Positions 9,829-19,810 of a stretch of 64,000 bases of DNA are shown piece after piece. The first letter of the stretch is position 1. Each line of letters opens with the position of its first letter. Source of the DNA: Nitrospirota bacterium. Lineage in GTDB: Bacteria > Nitrospirota > Thermodesulfovibrionia > Thermodesulfovibrionales > UBA9159. The translations under genes and the position numbers were made by a program. Location: assembly GCA_963699545.1 (NCBI GenBank), contig CAVOUE010000005.1:128001-192000 (forward strand), read 5' to 3'. Under the pieces are notes generated by a model, which ran no database searches, had not been told where the DNA came from, and saw only the letters and a list, made by a program, of their open reading frames with translations.

Positions 9829-11441
9829 GGGGTCACTTTTAGGATCTCGTCAAGGGCTGCGCCCTTTTTGAGTTGTCCCAGAGAAGACTCATGGTATTCA
9901 ACGATCTCTCTGATTTTAGCGAGGGTCTTTTCAGGAGGGGAAAAGGCGTCGTCGGTGTAGGCGTTCTGGCCGAGAAACTCATGGCGTATTCTCTCTGCCA
10001 TTTTCATGAGGAGCCTGTCGGCGTCCTGAAGTCCCTCTGAGCCCACGATCTCCGCCACTTCCCTCAAAGCCTCCTCACGCTGGAGCAACTCCTTGCACTT
10101 TTCCTTCATCTTCCCCCACTGCTCAGACACCTGCTCATCGAAGTATCCCGAAAGCTCCTTTTCATAGAGCGAATAGCTCTGGAACCAGTTCACCGCAGGG
10201 AAATGTCTCTTGTGAGCCAGGGACTTGTCCAGCATAAGGAATGCCCCCGTCGTCCTCAAACATGCCTGGGTGACCGGTTCTGTAAAGTCCCCTCCCGGGG
10301 GCGAAACAGAGAGGATCATGCTGAGCGAGCCGATCCTTCCCGACAATGTCTCGACCAGCCCTGCCCTCTCGAAGAAGCCTGAGAGCCTCGATGCGAGATA
10401 TGTGGGGTAGCCTTCTTCCCCGGGCATCTCCTCGAGGGACGCCGAGATCTCCCTCGCTGCCTCTGCCCACCGCGAAAGGCTGTCCGCCAGGAGCAGCACA
10501 TGGTACCCCATGTCCCGATAATATTCCGCCATCGTGACTGCGGTGTAGATGGACGCCTCACGCGCGGCCACAGGCATGTTGGATGTGTTGACCACAAGTA
10601 TGGTCCTTTCCATAAGCATCTTACCCGTCCACGGGTCCTTGAGCAGACGGAATTCGCCGATAAGTTCGGCCATCTCGTTACCGCGCTCGCCGCATCCCAC
10701 GTAGACCACGATGTCAGCATTGGCGAATTTTGCTATGGACTGCTCCAGAATGGTCTTGCCCGTACCGAAACCTCCGGGGAAAATGGCTGTCCCACCCCTT
10801 GCAAAGGGAAAGAGAAAGTCAATGCACCGTTGCCCGGTCAGCAGGGGCTCACCAGTGGCGAGCTTCTTTTTGTAAGGGCGCGGCATCCTCACCGGCCACT
10901 CATTGCATCCGTAAATGCCTGTTCCGTCCTCGAGCTCAGCAATGGTCTCATCAAGGCTCACCTCACCATCTGCGATCCATGAGATCCTGCCGGACCGATA
11001 GACTGAAACGAAATGCCTGAAACTCCCCTCCTCTATGCATCCGATGATCTCTCCCCTCTTCACCTCGGCGCCCTTTTGCGTGAGGGGAGAAAATCTCCAC
11101 TTCTTCAGATAATCCAGGGCATAGATCTCCCTGCCTCCGGTTATGAAAGGGCCCATCTCCTCCCTCAGCCTTTCAAGGGGTCTCTGGAGCCCGTCGAACA
11201 TGCCGCAGAGAAGTCCGGGTCCCAGCCGCACCGTCAGGGGCATACCCACACCCTTCACCGGTTCTCCAATACCCAGCCCTTTGGTGCTTTCATAAACCTG
11301 GACCACTGCCCTGTCTTTATCAAGCCTTACCACTTCACCCGTGAGCATGGAATGGCCCACATAGACGCGGTCATAGAGCTTCAGCCCTCCCATTTCGACA
11401 CTGACCGTCGGTCCTGATATGCCCCGTATGCGTCCGATCAC
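9825..11441 (-). CDS. A/V-type ATP synthase catalytic subunit A
   Basis: Walker A PGGFGTGKT, GCGERGNEM, NTSNMPVAAREASIY, EEMPGEEGYP. Confidence 0.96.
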   Translation of the reverse strand: MIGRIRGISGPTVSVEMGGLKLYDRVYVGHSMLTGEVVRLDKDRAVVQVYESTKGLGIGEPVKGVGMPLTVRLGPGLLCGMFDGLQRPLERLREEMGPFITGGREIYALDYLKKWRFSPLTQKGAEVKRGEIIGCIEEGSFRHFVSVYRSGRISWIADGEVSLDETIAELEDGTGIYGCNEWPVRMPRPYKKKLATGEPLLTGQRCIDFLFPFARGGTAIFPGGFGTGKTILEQSIAKFANADIVVYVGCGERGNEMAELIGEFRLLKDPWTGKMLMERTILVVNTSNMPVAAREASIYTAVTMAEYYRDMGYHVLLLADSLSRWAEAAREISASLEEMPGEEGYPTYLASRLSGFFERAGLVETLSGRIGSLSMILSVSPPGGDFTEPVTQACLRTTGAFLMLDKSLAHKRHFPAVNWFQSYSLYEKELSGYFDEQVSEQWGKMKEKCKELLQREEALREVAEIVGSEGLQDADRLLMKMAERIRHEFLGQNAYTDDAFSPPEKTLAKIREIVEYHESSLGQLKKGAALDEILKVTP

Positions 11442-11758
11442 AGCTTCACCTTCACGTGGTACCCAATCGCCCTCTTTATGAGTCTCATGGCATAATCCTC
11501 CACTTCAACACCTGGTCTCTCAGGGGCCGGCAGGATGAGAAGGATGCCGAACCATCTCTTTTCTAGCTCCCTGATTTTTGCCTCGCTCATACCCCGGACC
11601 AGGCGCTCATCAACTACCACAAGCCCGGCCTCCTCGTCAGCAATAACGGTCTTCAGTGTATCCTCAAGATCTTCTTCCTTAATGACAACGTGCATCGCCC
11701 CGGTGAGACTGAAGCCGTATTCTGCGTCCTGTGGCGTAATAAACACTACTTTCTTCAT
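11438..11758 (-). CDS. A/V-type ATP synthase subunit F
   Basis: 106 aa, GFSLTG..LIKRAIG; overlaps subunit A start. Confidence 0.88.
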   Translation of the reverse strand: MKKVVFITPQDAEYGFSLTGAMHVVIKEEDLEDTLKTVIADEEAGLVVVDERLVRGMSEAKIRELEKRWFGILLILPAPERPGVEVEDYAMRLIKRAIGYHVKVKL

Positions 11759-12744
11759 TGTATCAGCTCGGTCCTCAGGGCATCCCTCTCCATGTCTTTT
11801 CCGTGGAAGAGGATTCCAAGGTTCATGACCTCAAGCGAACACCTCCAGAGATAGTCCAGGATAAAGCCGACTCCCGATATCTCTCTACCCTTGTGCCGCA
11901 GGAAACGCGTCATCTCTCTATAAAGGGCATTTTCGACGGCGGTGGGGTCGGGGATTTTCACTGGTATCCCCGTCAGTGTCCGTATAAGTGATGTCACTTC
12001 AAATATATCCTCTCTCTCCAGAATGCTTCTGAAACGCCTCTGGTTCATCCTCCCCCCTTGAATGAAATGAGGGATTTCCTTCAGTTCCCACCTCAGATGT
12101 TTGTAAAGAGCGATGACATTCCTTGCGTCCACGAGGCGGCTGAAAAATTCCCTCATGACAGGATGGAGGTCCGAGTCCATGGTATATTCAAGGCACGTGT
12201 TCGTCAGGTGCTGTTCCAGACCCTTGAACCCGTCCTTTGCAAAGATCGCCTTAAGTCCCCTGAACTTCATGGAACGGGACACAAGGAAACCCTCAACGTT
12301 ATCGAGACTATCCTCTACATGATTACTGTCCATCAGGGCCTTCTTGAACGCCTTCGAAAAAAGGCTGGAAGCCAAAAGTTGCTCCATCTTTATCTCTTCG
12401 CCGGCTGCTTTATATCTGAGACAGAAGAAAAGCGTTCTGAGCTCTGAATAAAGGAAAAAAGGTCTGAATATGTTCCTCATGGACTTCTCCATCTGGAAAT
12501 AGGCCCATCGGTACTCGTGAAGGAGATATTTCCAGAGACCGGCTGAAGACGTCTCGCGGACGAACCCGCCGTATCGGGAAGGGGAAAGAGATTCCAGGGG
12601 GTCAGCGCCGAAAATGAGGGGTTCCCAGTCCACAACGAGGGAGACCCTTCTCCCCCTGAGCCTCGAAAGAAGATACTCCATGGGATATCCCCCTTCTTCC
12701 CGTTCCTGGAGAAGTTCCTTATCCCGGTATTTCTCTGTAAACAT
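11755..12744 (-). CDS. A/V-type ATP synthase subunit C (d)
   Basis: YLLSRLRG N-terminus, ILDYLWR..EVMNL C-terminus; operon position. Confidence 0.8.
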   Translation of the reverse strand: MFTEKYRDKELLQEREEGGYPMEYLLSRLRGRRVSLVVDWEPLIFGADPLESLSPSRYGGFVRETSSAGLWKYLLHEYRWAYFQMEKSMRNIFRPFFLYSELRTLFFCLRYKAAGEEIKMEQLLASSLFSKAFKKALMDSNHVEDSLDNVEGFLVSRSMKFRGLKAIFAKDGFKGLEQHLTNTCLEYTMDSDLHPVMREFFSRLVDARNVIALYKHLRWELKEIPHFIQGGRMNQRRFRSILEREDIFEVTSLIRTLTGIPVKIPDPTAVENALYREMTRFLRHKGREISGVGFILDYLWRCSLEVMNLGILFHGKDMERDALRTELIQ

Positions 12745-13288
12745 CTTTCATAATCTCCGGCAGCATCTCAGCCCATGCCCTTTCGAGCCTTCTTTCGAAG
12801 GTATTCAATACACGGACGCTCCCTTTCCCGCTGATGACTTCCAGGCCTCCCGTTATGCCGGGTTCATTGAGGATCTCTGCATCAGGAAATAATCTCCTCG
12901 CAAGCGCTCCGTCCTCCGGGTTCACCTTAACCACCTCCCAGGGGCCGCGGGGAAGCTCGTGAACAAGGGAGAGAAAGACCTCCCCGTACCGGTCATCTCT
13001 TAAGCGATTGAGAGAGTGCGCTGCCGCCTGATACAGGCGTTCAGCAAGTTCTTTTTCTGCCTTCAGCCTGTTCACACGGGCGGTATGCCCCGCCTCCGAT
13101 AGAATCGCGTCCGTCCTCTTCCTCGCCGCGGAAGACCGCTCACGGCCAGAGCTCTCTTTCATCTCACACGCCTTCCTGAGGACTTCTGCCCTTGTCGCTT
13201 CTGCCTCGGCACGGGCATCCTGCCAGATCTTCTGCGCCTTTTCCTCGCACTCCCTCCTGAGGGCGTCAATGAGCTCCTGATAACTCAT
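12719..13288 (-). CDS. A/V-type ATP synthase subunit E
   Basis: N-terminal coiled coil, ITGGLEV..NTFERRL. Confidence 0.85.
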   Translation of the reverse strand: MSYQELIDALRRECEEKAQKIWQDARAEAEATRAEVLRKACEMKESSGRERSSAARKRTDAILSEAGHTARVNRLKAEKELAERLYQAAAHSLNRLRDDRYGEVFLSLVHELPRGPWEVVKVNPEDGALARRLFPDAEILNEPGITGGLEVISGKGSVRVLNTFERRLERAWAEMLPEIMKDVYREIPG

Positions 13289-13289
13289 C

Positions 13290-13508
13290 CTATTTGACCG
13301 TGAGGAGTATCATTGTGGCGATCACGAAGCCGAGGATCACCATGGTTTCGGGAATCGCCAGCAGAATAATAATGGTACCGCTTAACTCCGGCTTCTCAGC
13401 AAGGGTTCCCGCACCTGCTGCTCCGATCCGTGACTGTGCCCATGCAGTGGCAATGGCCGAAAGACCGATTGCCAGGGCAGCGGCAAAAGCGACGAGTACC
13501 TTTTCCAT
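13290..13508 (-). CDS. A/V-type ATP synthase proteolipid subunit K (c)
   Basis: 72 aa single hairpin; AWAQSRIGAAGAG..IPETMVILG with conserved Glu. Confidence 0.93.
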   Translation of the reverse strand: MEKVLVAFAAALAIGLSAIATAWAQSRIGAAGAGTLAEKPELSGTIIILLAIPETMVILGFVIATMILLTVK

Positions 13509-13573
13509 AACCCTTTCCTCCTTTTTAAGCCCGGCCCCGTCCGGACGACAACGGCGGGACCGATAGCCAATGG

Positions 13574-15457
13574 TTAACGTTCCTTTTTAAAGGGATCAAA
13601 CTTTCTCCCTCCGTGTTCCATAAACTTACTAAAGAACTCCACATAGTGGAGCCTCAGGGAATGGATCGTGGGAGAGAAGACCCCGAGGATGATATTGATG
13701 ATATGGAGCAATCCGGCGGCGATGATGCCGACGACGATATCCCCGGTCATTCCTGCCAGTCTGTTCGCCACAAAGGCAAGCAGGACAGACGCCATGCCGA
13801 TGGCCATGATCCTGGCGTAGGAGACGATATTCCCTATGCTCTTCAACAGTTCCAGGGGGGCCAAAAGTCCGCCGGTAAAGAAGAGCAACGGCGTCAGCAC
13901 GAGGATGAGTATGATGATCGGCCTGTTGAGAAGCCACGGAAAAGGCTTGAAGAACGACAAAGCCAGCACCACGAGGCAGAAGATGATGAATATATTCAGG
14001 AGCTTGAAGGCCGCTTCCTTCCTCGCCCTTCTCCTCATGGCAGAGGTGAAACCGAGGAAGAGTCCCAAGGTGACATGGAAGATACCGACGCTGAAGGCAA
14101 AGGCAAGCATGGGGATGACCGCGCCCCGCCTCTCGATCCAGACGGGCTCAAGACCGAAAAGCGTATTACCAAGTTCACCGAAAAACTCCCCGTAGATGAT
14201 GCCGAAGAAGACCGAATAGAGAGAGGATATAAGCAGTATTCTTGACGCGTTCCTGACGTCATCTTTCTTCCTGTGCCGTTTGAGAATCACAAGGGAAAGA
14301 GTGAGGAGGAGGATACCGTATCCCGCGTCACCCAGGATCATGCCGAAAAAAACCGGGAAAAAGATACCGATGAACGGCGTCGGGTCAAAGGAGGTGTACT
14401 TCGGCAGGGGCAGAAGCCTTACCATGAGCTCAAAGGGACGGAAATAGGGACGGTTCCTGAGAATAATGGGGACCCTTTCCAGGTCCTCTTCGTGGATACT
14501 CTTCTCATCCAGTGCCACCTTTCCCCCGAAAGAAACGATCAATCTTCTCCTGAGGATTTCCACATCTCCGGCAGGCATCCACCCATTGATGAAGAAGCAC
14601 ATCCTGGTCTCAAAGACAGAAGCGGTCGCCCTCAGGAGCGATAGTCTCTCCTCTGCCCATTCCTTCACCCTTCGATAAATGGGAAGCCACCTCCGGGAAA
14701 ATCTCTCCAGTTCCCCGCTCACCAGTTGTATCCCGTTATCCACGTCCGCTATCCTCTTCTTTACATATATGGACTTTTCCCGGAAGGTGAGGTCACCCAT
14801 TGCCGAAGGAAAGCGGAGCTCTGGAACATGCTCATCGCTCAAGGCCTTTTTTACCTTCTCCGAGATACCCTTCTCTACGGTAATGAGCCCCACCACCGTA
14901 CCGTCCTCCTCCTCATCGGTCAGAAGCTCAAAGCGGTAATCCGTGAGCCGGGAGATCAGCTCCCTGACGCGTCCGACCATACCCGGCTCTTTTATGGTGA
15001 GACCTATGAAGTCCAGGTCCGGGGTTTCCTTTGCGCTCTCAAGGAGGGGAGAGAGGGTGTCGAGGAATGTGCCGTACCGCTTGAGTTCGTTCATCTCCTT
15101 CTGCAGTTCCTCCCTTTGCCCATGAAGGTTCCTGCATGTTGTAAGGTGTTTCTCAAGGGTCTTGCTTATGGTGTCAATAATGGGGAGGGGCTCGATATAA
15201 CTTCTTCTCACATCAATGGCCGGGAGATACGAGGCCATCTCTTCAATCTGCGCCCTCAGATTTTCAAGAAACAGCACCTCCGCAAGGGAATGCGCATCAG
15301 GGAGAAAAGCGGTAATATGCTCTTCGCACCCCTTGTCGATAAAACCGACAGTGGCGGGTTCGATCTGGAAGATGCCCAGTTCTTTCAACAGACAAAGCAC
15401 ATCTTCGAGAAGTCCTTTGGGACCGAGGATCTCGACCTTTGACATCCTGACGATCAC
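13574..15457 (-). CDS. A/V-type ATP synthase subunit I (a)
   Basis: DPTP..FFGMILGDAGYG, SYARIMA, IHSLRLHYVEFFSKF. Confidence 0.95.
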   Translation of the reverse strand: MIVRMSKVEILGPKGLLEDVLCLLKELGIFQIEPATVGFIDKGCEEHITAFLPDAHSLAEVLFLENLRAQIEEMASYLPAIDVRRSYIEPLPIIDTISKTLEKHLTTCRNLHGQREELQKEMNELKRYGTFLDTLSPLLESAKETPDLDFIGLTIKEPGMVGRVRELISRLTDYRFELLTDEEEDGTVVGLITVEKGISEKVKKALSDEHVPELRFPSAMGDLTFREKSIYVKKRIADVDNGIQLVSGELERFSRRWLPIYRRVKEWAEERLSLLRATASVFETRMCFFINGWMPAGDVEILRRRLIVSFGGKVALDEKSIHEEDLERVPIILRNRPYFRPFELMVRLLPLPKYTSFDPTPFIGIFFPVFFGMILGDAGYGILLLTLSLVILKRHRKKDDVRNASRILLISSLYSVFFGIIYGEFFGELGNTLFGLEPVWIERRGAVIPMLAFAFSVGIFHVTLGLFLGFTSAMRRRARKEAAFKLLNIFIIFCLVVLALSFFKPFPWLLNRPIIILILVLTPLLFFTGGLLAPLELLKSIGNIVSYARIMAIGMASVLLAFVANRLAGMTGDIVVGIIAAGLLHIINIILGVFSPTIHSLRLHYVEFFSKFMEHGGRKFDPFKKER

Positions 15458-15798
15458 GATGACTCCCGACCTTTTTCTGAGGAGAGTGACGGCACTATGC
15501 GGGGAATATACTTCAGGAGTATGGTTTTCAGGGCCTCGTCGCTGATGCGGGCGAGCTTTTCTGTCTCGAGGATTGAATCCCCCACTATCTCTGACGCTTG
15601 CTTCTCGGCCTCCGCGACTGTTTCATCAACGGCTTTTTTATAGCACACATCTAACTGTTCTTCTTCCCCGCCAATCTCCTCTTCCGCTTGCTTCCTTGCG
15701 CTTTCGATCCACTCGATGGACCTGCTCTTCTCCTCCCTCAGCTTCTCCTGAATCTCTCTCTCGACCTCTATCACTTTGCTGAGGATGTCTTTTTCCAT
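15454..15798 (-). CDS. A/V-type ATP synthase peripheral stalk subunit H/G
   Basis: Charged coiled coil (DILSKVIEVERE) immediately upstream of subunit I. Confidence 0.7.
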   Translation of the reverse strand: MEKDILSKVIEVEREIQEKLREEKSRSIEWIESARKQAEEEIGGEEEQLDVCYKKAVDETVAEAEKQASEIVGDSILETEKLARISDEALKTILLKYIPRIVPSLSSEKGRESS

Positions 15799-17018
15799 CA
15801 CCTGGCGCCCTTTACGGGCCGCCCTCCCCTGGGAAGGATGGCGATCCCCGATGAATCGATATGCGAGGAGAGCCGGTCGGCATCGGGATTGAACCCTATA
15901 TGTTCACCCTCCTTCACAATGTTGTGCTTGTCCACAATCACCCTCCGGAGACTGCATCCCTTCTTGAGCACTGAATGGTCCATGATGATGCAGTCCTCCA
16001 CGCTCACATCGCTCTCAATAACGACACCGCTCCGGATGACGGAATCCCGTATCTTTGCCCTGTGAATCACGCTTCCCTCTCCAATGATGCTGTTTCTTAT
16101 ATCTCCTCTGAGGATCTTTGTGGACGGGCCTTCATATCCGGACGGGTGGATGCCCCACAGAGGGTTATCCAGTTCGAAGAGGGGGGATTCGCCAAGCATA
16201 TCCATATGGGCATCAAAAAAAGCCTCGATAGTGCCGACGTCCCTCCAGTAACCCTGTTCCTCGTAACGCCGGGTACCCGGTATCACGTTCGTTGCGAAGT
16301 CGTATGCAAAGACCTTCTCGGTCTCCACCAGGTCCGGTATCACATGGGCCCCGAAATCGTGCTGCTTCTTCCTCTGGGCCCTGGCGAGGGCATCGAGCAG
16401 AACCCCTGTATTGAAGACGTAATTCCCCATGGAGACATAAGCGCGTTTCGGGTCATCATGCATGGGCGTCGGTTTCTTCGGTTTCTCCTGAAAACCGACG
16501 ATCCTTTTTTCGGTGTCGGTCACAATAACGCCGAACGATGAAGCTTGCTCAACGGGTACAGGTCGGGCGGCCACAGTGACGAAGGCTTCCCGTTCCAGAT
16601 GAAAATCGATCATCTGTCGGATATCCATCCGGTAGATATGGTCCGCACCGAAGACCACAACAAGGGCGGGGGTATGCTCCCGGATAAGACTGACGTTCTG
16701 GAAAACAGCGTCCGCCGTTCCCTGGAACCACTCCGGCCCCATCCTCATCTGAGGCGGGACCACCGTCACGAAATGATCCTTGACAAAGGAAGAGAGCACC
16801 CAGTTCCGCCTTACGTGTTCGATGAGGGACTGGGACTTGTACTGAACGAGGAGATAGACCGCATAAATATGGGAGTTCACGAGGTTGCTGAGGACGAAAT
16901 CGACTATCCTGTATCTTCCCCCGAAGGGAACAGATGGTTTTGAACGAAATGACGTGAGGGGGAAAAGCCTTTCTCCTTTCCCTCCAGCGAGCACAAAAGC
17001 GAGGATCTTGGGCTGCAT
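15798..17018 (-). CDS. glgC: Glucose-1-phosphate adenylyltransferase
   Basis: LAGGKGERLFPLT..KPSVPFGGRYRIVDF, WFQGTADAV, DHIYRMD, FQEKP, YWRDVGT. Confidence 0.96.
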   Translation of the reverse strand: MQPKILAFVLAGGKGERLFPLTSFRSKPSVPFGGRYRIVDFVLSNLVNSHIYAVYLLVQYKSQSLIEHVRRNWVLSSFVKDHFVTVVPPQMRMGPEWFQGTADAVFQNVSLIREHTPALVVVFGADHIYRMDIRQMIDFHLEREAFVTVAARPVPVEQASSFGVIVTDTEKRIVGFQEKPKKPTPMHDDPKRAYVSMGNYVFNTGVLLDALARAQRKKQHDFGAHVIPDLVETEKVFAYDFATNVIPGTRRYEEQGYWRDVGTIEAFFDAHMDMLGESPLFELDNPLWGIHPSGYEGPSTKILRGDIRNSIIGEGSVIHRAKIRDSVIRSGVVIESDVSVEDCIIMDHSVLKKGCSLRRVIVDKHNIVKEGEHIGFNPDADRLSSHIDSSGIAILPRGGRPVKGAR

Positions 17019-17191
17019 GCATACCTCCTGGGAGGCGTTATATCCTTACGTGGGTAAGCGTACTATCCATTCATGCCCTCTCTGTGGCCCTTTCACACGA
17101 TGGAAGCCTGTTCCGTGCGCTTTCTCTTCAAGCCATCCCTCTCTACAGTATATAGGCTTCGATGCAGATGGTCAAGAAAAAGAACGGAACA

Positions 17192-18160
17192 TTAAAACAG
17201 GGGACGGACGCACCTTGGATCAGGAGCGCGCAGATCGCCGCAGATCAGAAGGCTGACTGCTGGACATCCTCCGTGACAGAGGGGAAAAAGTTCACATCCC
17301 CTATGGGTACAGGTATTCCCCTCGAATCTCCTGAAGAAGTCCAGTTTCGGGCTCTCCCATATCTCATCGAAACCGCTGACCAGAATATTGCCGAGCCTGA
17401 ACTCCTGGTTGCGAAAAAAGAGATAGCATGGATACACCGAACCATCCGGCAAAACGGAAAGCTTTGTTGTACCCGCAGGGCACCGGACATATTCCAGGAC
17501 GGGATAAGTGGTAACGTCCGGAATAAACCCCGAACAGAATACCCCCTTAAGACCCAGATGATCCCTCTTCAGCGGTACAAGGTCATGGAAGAACTCATAA
17601 AAAGGCCGGCAGCTTCTGAGGTCATCCCGGGACACGGCATCCGCATAAAGCAGATAATATGTGAGACCCGGCAGAAAGAGGTACTCTCTCGCCGCGTCGG
17701 TGAGTTTCCGGTCTTTCGTAGAGACACTCTTGAGCATCGGCCTGCATGTGGTGATATATCGGTGCAACTCGCCGGGAATCACCTCCGAGTGAAGAGAGAC
17801 CCCCACCCTCACCACCCCATTGTCGTACCTGCGATGAAGATGCTCAAGCAGCCGGACATCGTGACCGTTGGTACTGAGGGTGGTCCTCATTGCACGGGCA
17901 GATGCTCTTTCGACTAATTCACCCAAGCCCGGATGGAGGGTCGGTTCGCCCCCGAGAATATCCAGGCCTTGTATTCCCCTCTCGGAGAGTAGGGACACGA
18001 TCCTCTCAAAGTCGCAGACCGAGACATCAGCCTGTGAGGGGATTCCCCGATTGAAACAGAAAGAGCAGGAGAGATTGCATCTCAGCGTGCAATACAACTG
18101 AATGTAGTCGGGAACGCTTCTGTACAAATGTCCTCCGCTTCTGCCCGCACTGCTCTGCAC
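17192..18160 (-). CDS. Radical SAM/SPASM domain protein
   Basis: CNLSCSFC, GGEPTL, SPASM CPAG..DGSVYPC..C..C..CHGGCP..DPRC. Start may instead be TTG at 18127. Confidence 0.88.
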   Translation of the reverse strand: MQSSAGRSGGHLYRSVPDYIQLYCTLRCNLSCSFCFNRGIPSQADVSVCDFERIVSLLSERGIQGLDILGGEPTLHPGLGELVERASARAMRTTLSTNGHDVRLLEHLHRRYDNGVVRVGVSLHSEVIPGELHRYITTCRPMLKSVSTKDRKLTDAAREYLFLPGLTYYLLYADAVSRDDLRSCRPFYEFFHDLVPLKRDHLGLKGVFCSGFIPDVTTYPVLEYVRCPAGTTKLSVLPDGSVYPCYLFFRNQEFRLGNILVSGFDEIWESPKLDFFRRFEGNTCTHRGCELFPLCHGGCPAVSLLICGDLRAPDPRCVRPLF

Positions 18161-18216
18161 TTATTGTAGCACCCGGCTGGATTTTTGGCACTCCAGAGAG
18201 TATAATTGAACCACGT

Positions 18217-18657
18217 ATGGAACAGCAGAAGTTCGAGCTCGCCGATATATTCCGGAGATGGCTCGTAAAGATCGACATGGCCTTCCACGTTGTGGCGGCA
18301 CTCCTTTTGCTCGCTGCATGCAGCCTTATTCTCTATTATGGCTTGCTCACCGTGCTCCATCCTTCACGGGAATCCATACTACACCTTGTCAACGACGTGC
18401 TCCTTGCGTTGATCATGCTCGAACTCCTTTGGACAGTTATACGGTTCTTGAAGAGACAGAAATTCGTCTTGGGACCTTTCCTTGCCATCGGCATTATAGC
18501 AGCGGTAAGGAGGATACTCCTCGTAGAGGCGCAGACGTCTTTCCTGGAGCACGTCCCCATGGAGAAGTTGTATGAAATAGGGTTGAGTGCTGTTGTGGTC
18601 TTGATTCTTATGATCGCCTACTACCTGTCCGCGAAGGCCGAGAGGCTTGAACAGTAG
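18217..18657 (+). CDS. Phosphate-starvation-inducible PsiE family membrane protein
   Basis: LLALIMLELLWTV..PFLAIGIIAAVRRIL. Confidence 0.8.
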   Translation: MEQQKFELADIFRRWLVKIDMAFHVVAALLLLAACSLILYYGLLTVLHPSRESILHLVNDVLLALIMLELLWTVIRFLKRQKFVLGPFLAIGIIAAVRRILLVEAQTSFLEHVPMEKLYEIGLSAVVVLILMIAYYLSAKAERLEQ

Positions 18658-18672
18658 AAACGGGGGGAACAA

Positions 18673-19170
18673 ATGGCTGATGAACATTTCTTCGATGTCG
18701 TCTGTAACGTAGACCTGCAGGAAGTTTCCAATGCCGTAAACCAGGCGATGAAAGAGATAGAGCAGCGCTTTGATTTCAAGGGAAGCAAGAGCTCCATAGA
18801 GCTGGACAAGGGCAAGGCGGTCATCACTCTCGCCTCCGATGACGAAACCAAACTGAAGAGCGTCATCGATATCCTCCAGTCCAAGCTCGTGAAACGCACC
18901 ATATCCCTGAAGGCCTTGAATTACGGCAAAATTGAACAGGCTGCCGGAAGCACGGTGCGCCAGGTGATCACCCTCCAACAGGGAATTCCTCAGGACAAGG
19001 CAAAGGAGATGGTGAAGCTCATCAAAGACCTGAAGCTGAAGGTGAACGCAGAGATACAGAAGGACCAGGTCCGGGTAAGGGCGAAAAAGATCGATGACCT
19101 CCAGCTGATCATCGCTAAACTGAAGGAAAAAGACTTCGGCATCGCCCTTCAGTTCACCAACTACCGTTAA
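18673..19170 (+). CDS. yajQ: YajQ family nucleotide/c-di-GMP-binding protein
   Basis: [43 protein letters not shown]. Confidence 0.93.
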   Translation: MADEHFFDVVCNVDLQEVSNAVNQAMKEIEQRFDFKGSKSSIELDKGKAVITLASDDETKLKSVIDILQSKLVKRTISLKALNYGKIEQAAGSTVRQVITLQQGIPQDKAKEMVKLIKDLKLKVNAEIQKDQVRVRAKKIDDLQLIIAKLKEKDFGIALQFTNYR

Positions 19171-19326
19171 GGGTATTTCCGCGTCTTTAGCGGGGAACAG
19201 CGGGAAATATCCCTGTCTGTCCGACCCGTTGATTAAGAGTCTTTCGCAGCTGCTTCTGCATAAGGGTATGCATTATCTCCGGAGGCATTCCCGGTCCCCT
19301 CTTGAAATATGAGTGGCGGGTGTGTG

Positions 19327-19746
19327 TTAAAAAGATAATGTTCCTTTCGCTTTGCTTGCCAGCGTGATGAGGTTCATAGCCCCTGCTGCCCTGACACCGG
19401 GAATCAGGTCTTCTTCCGTGATCTTTTTGTTCGCCATGGTCTGGGAACACGACTGGATCTCGACTCCCATCTCCATCGCCTCGGTGAGCCTTTGTGTAAG
19501 TGTCGGAACCCCGGGCTGGGGAACTTCGTTCTTCTCGATGGCGCCCTTGACCAGAACATCCACGGCATTCTGGATGCAGTAGAGTATGGTCTTGTAGTTC
19601 GCTGACGCGGCGAGCGTGGCGAACATCAGGGCGGAGCGGGCCCTGGGTATGCTGTCAAATCCTGAAGCCGACAGGACGATGAAAAGCTCATCTATGTCCT
19701 GTTTCCCCGAGTGATTCGCTTCAAAAACCTTTTCTGTCGTCGCCAT
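19327..19746 (-). CDS. DsrE/DsrF-like sulfur-carrier family protein
   Basis: RARSALMFATLAAS..MGVEIQSCSQTM..EDLIPGV..GAMNL; RBS AGGAGGT before ATG 19746. Confidence 0.8.
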   Translation of the reverse strand: MATTEKVFEANHSGKQDIDELFIVLSASGFDSIPRARSALMFATLAASANYKTILYCIQNAVDVLVKGAIEKNEVPQPGVPTLTQRLTEAMEMGVEIQSCSQTMANKKITEEDLIPGVRAAGAMNLITLASKAKGTLSF

Positions 19747-19810
19747 TGTTACCTCCTTTTTCACTTTAAGGTTATTATCTTCAGCCGCCGCCATCGGGAC
19801 ACCCACCCTT

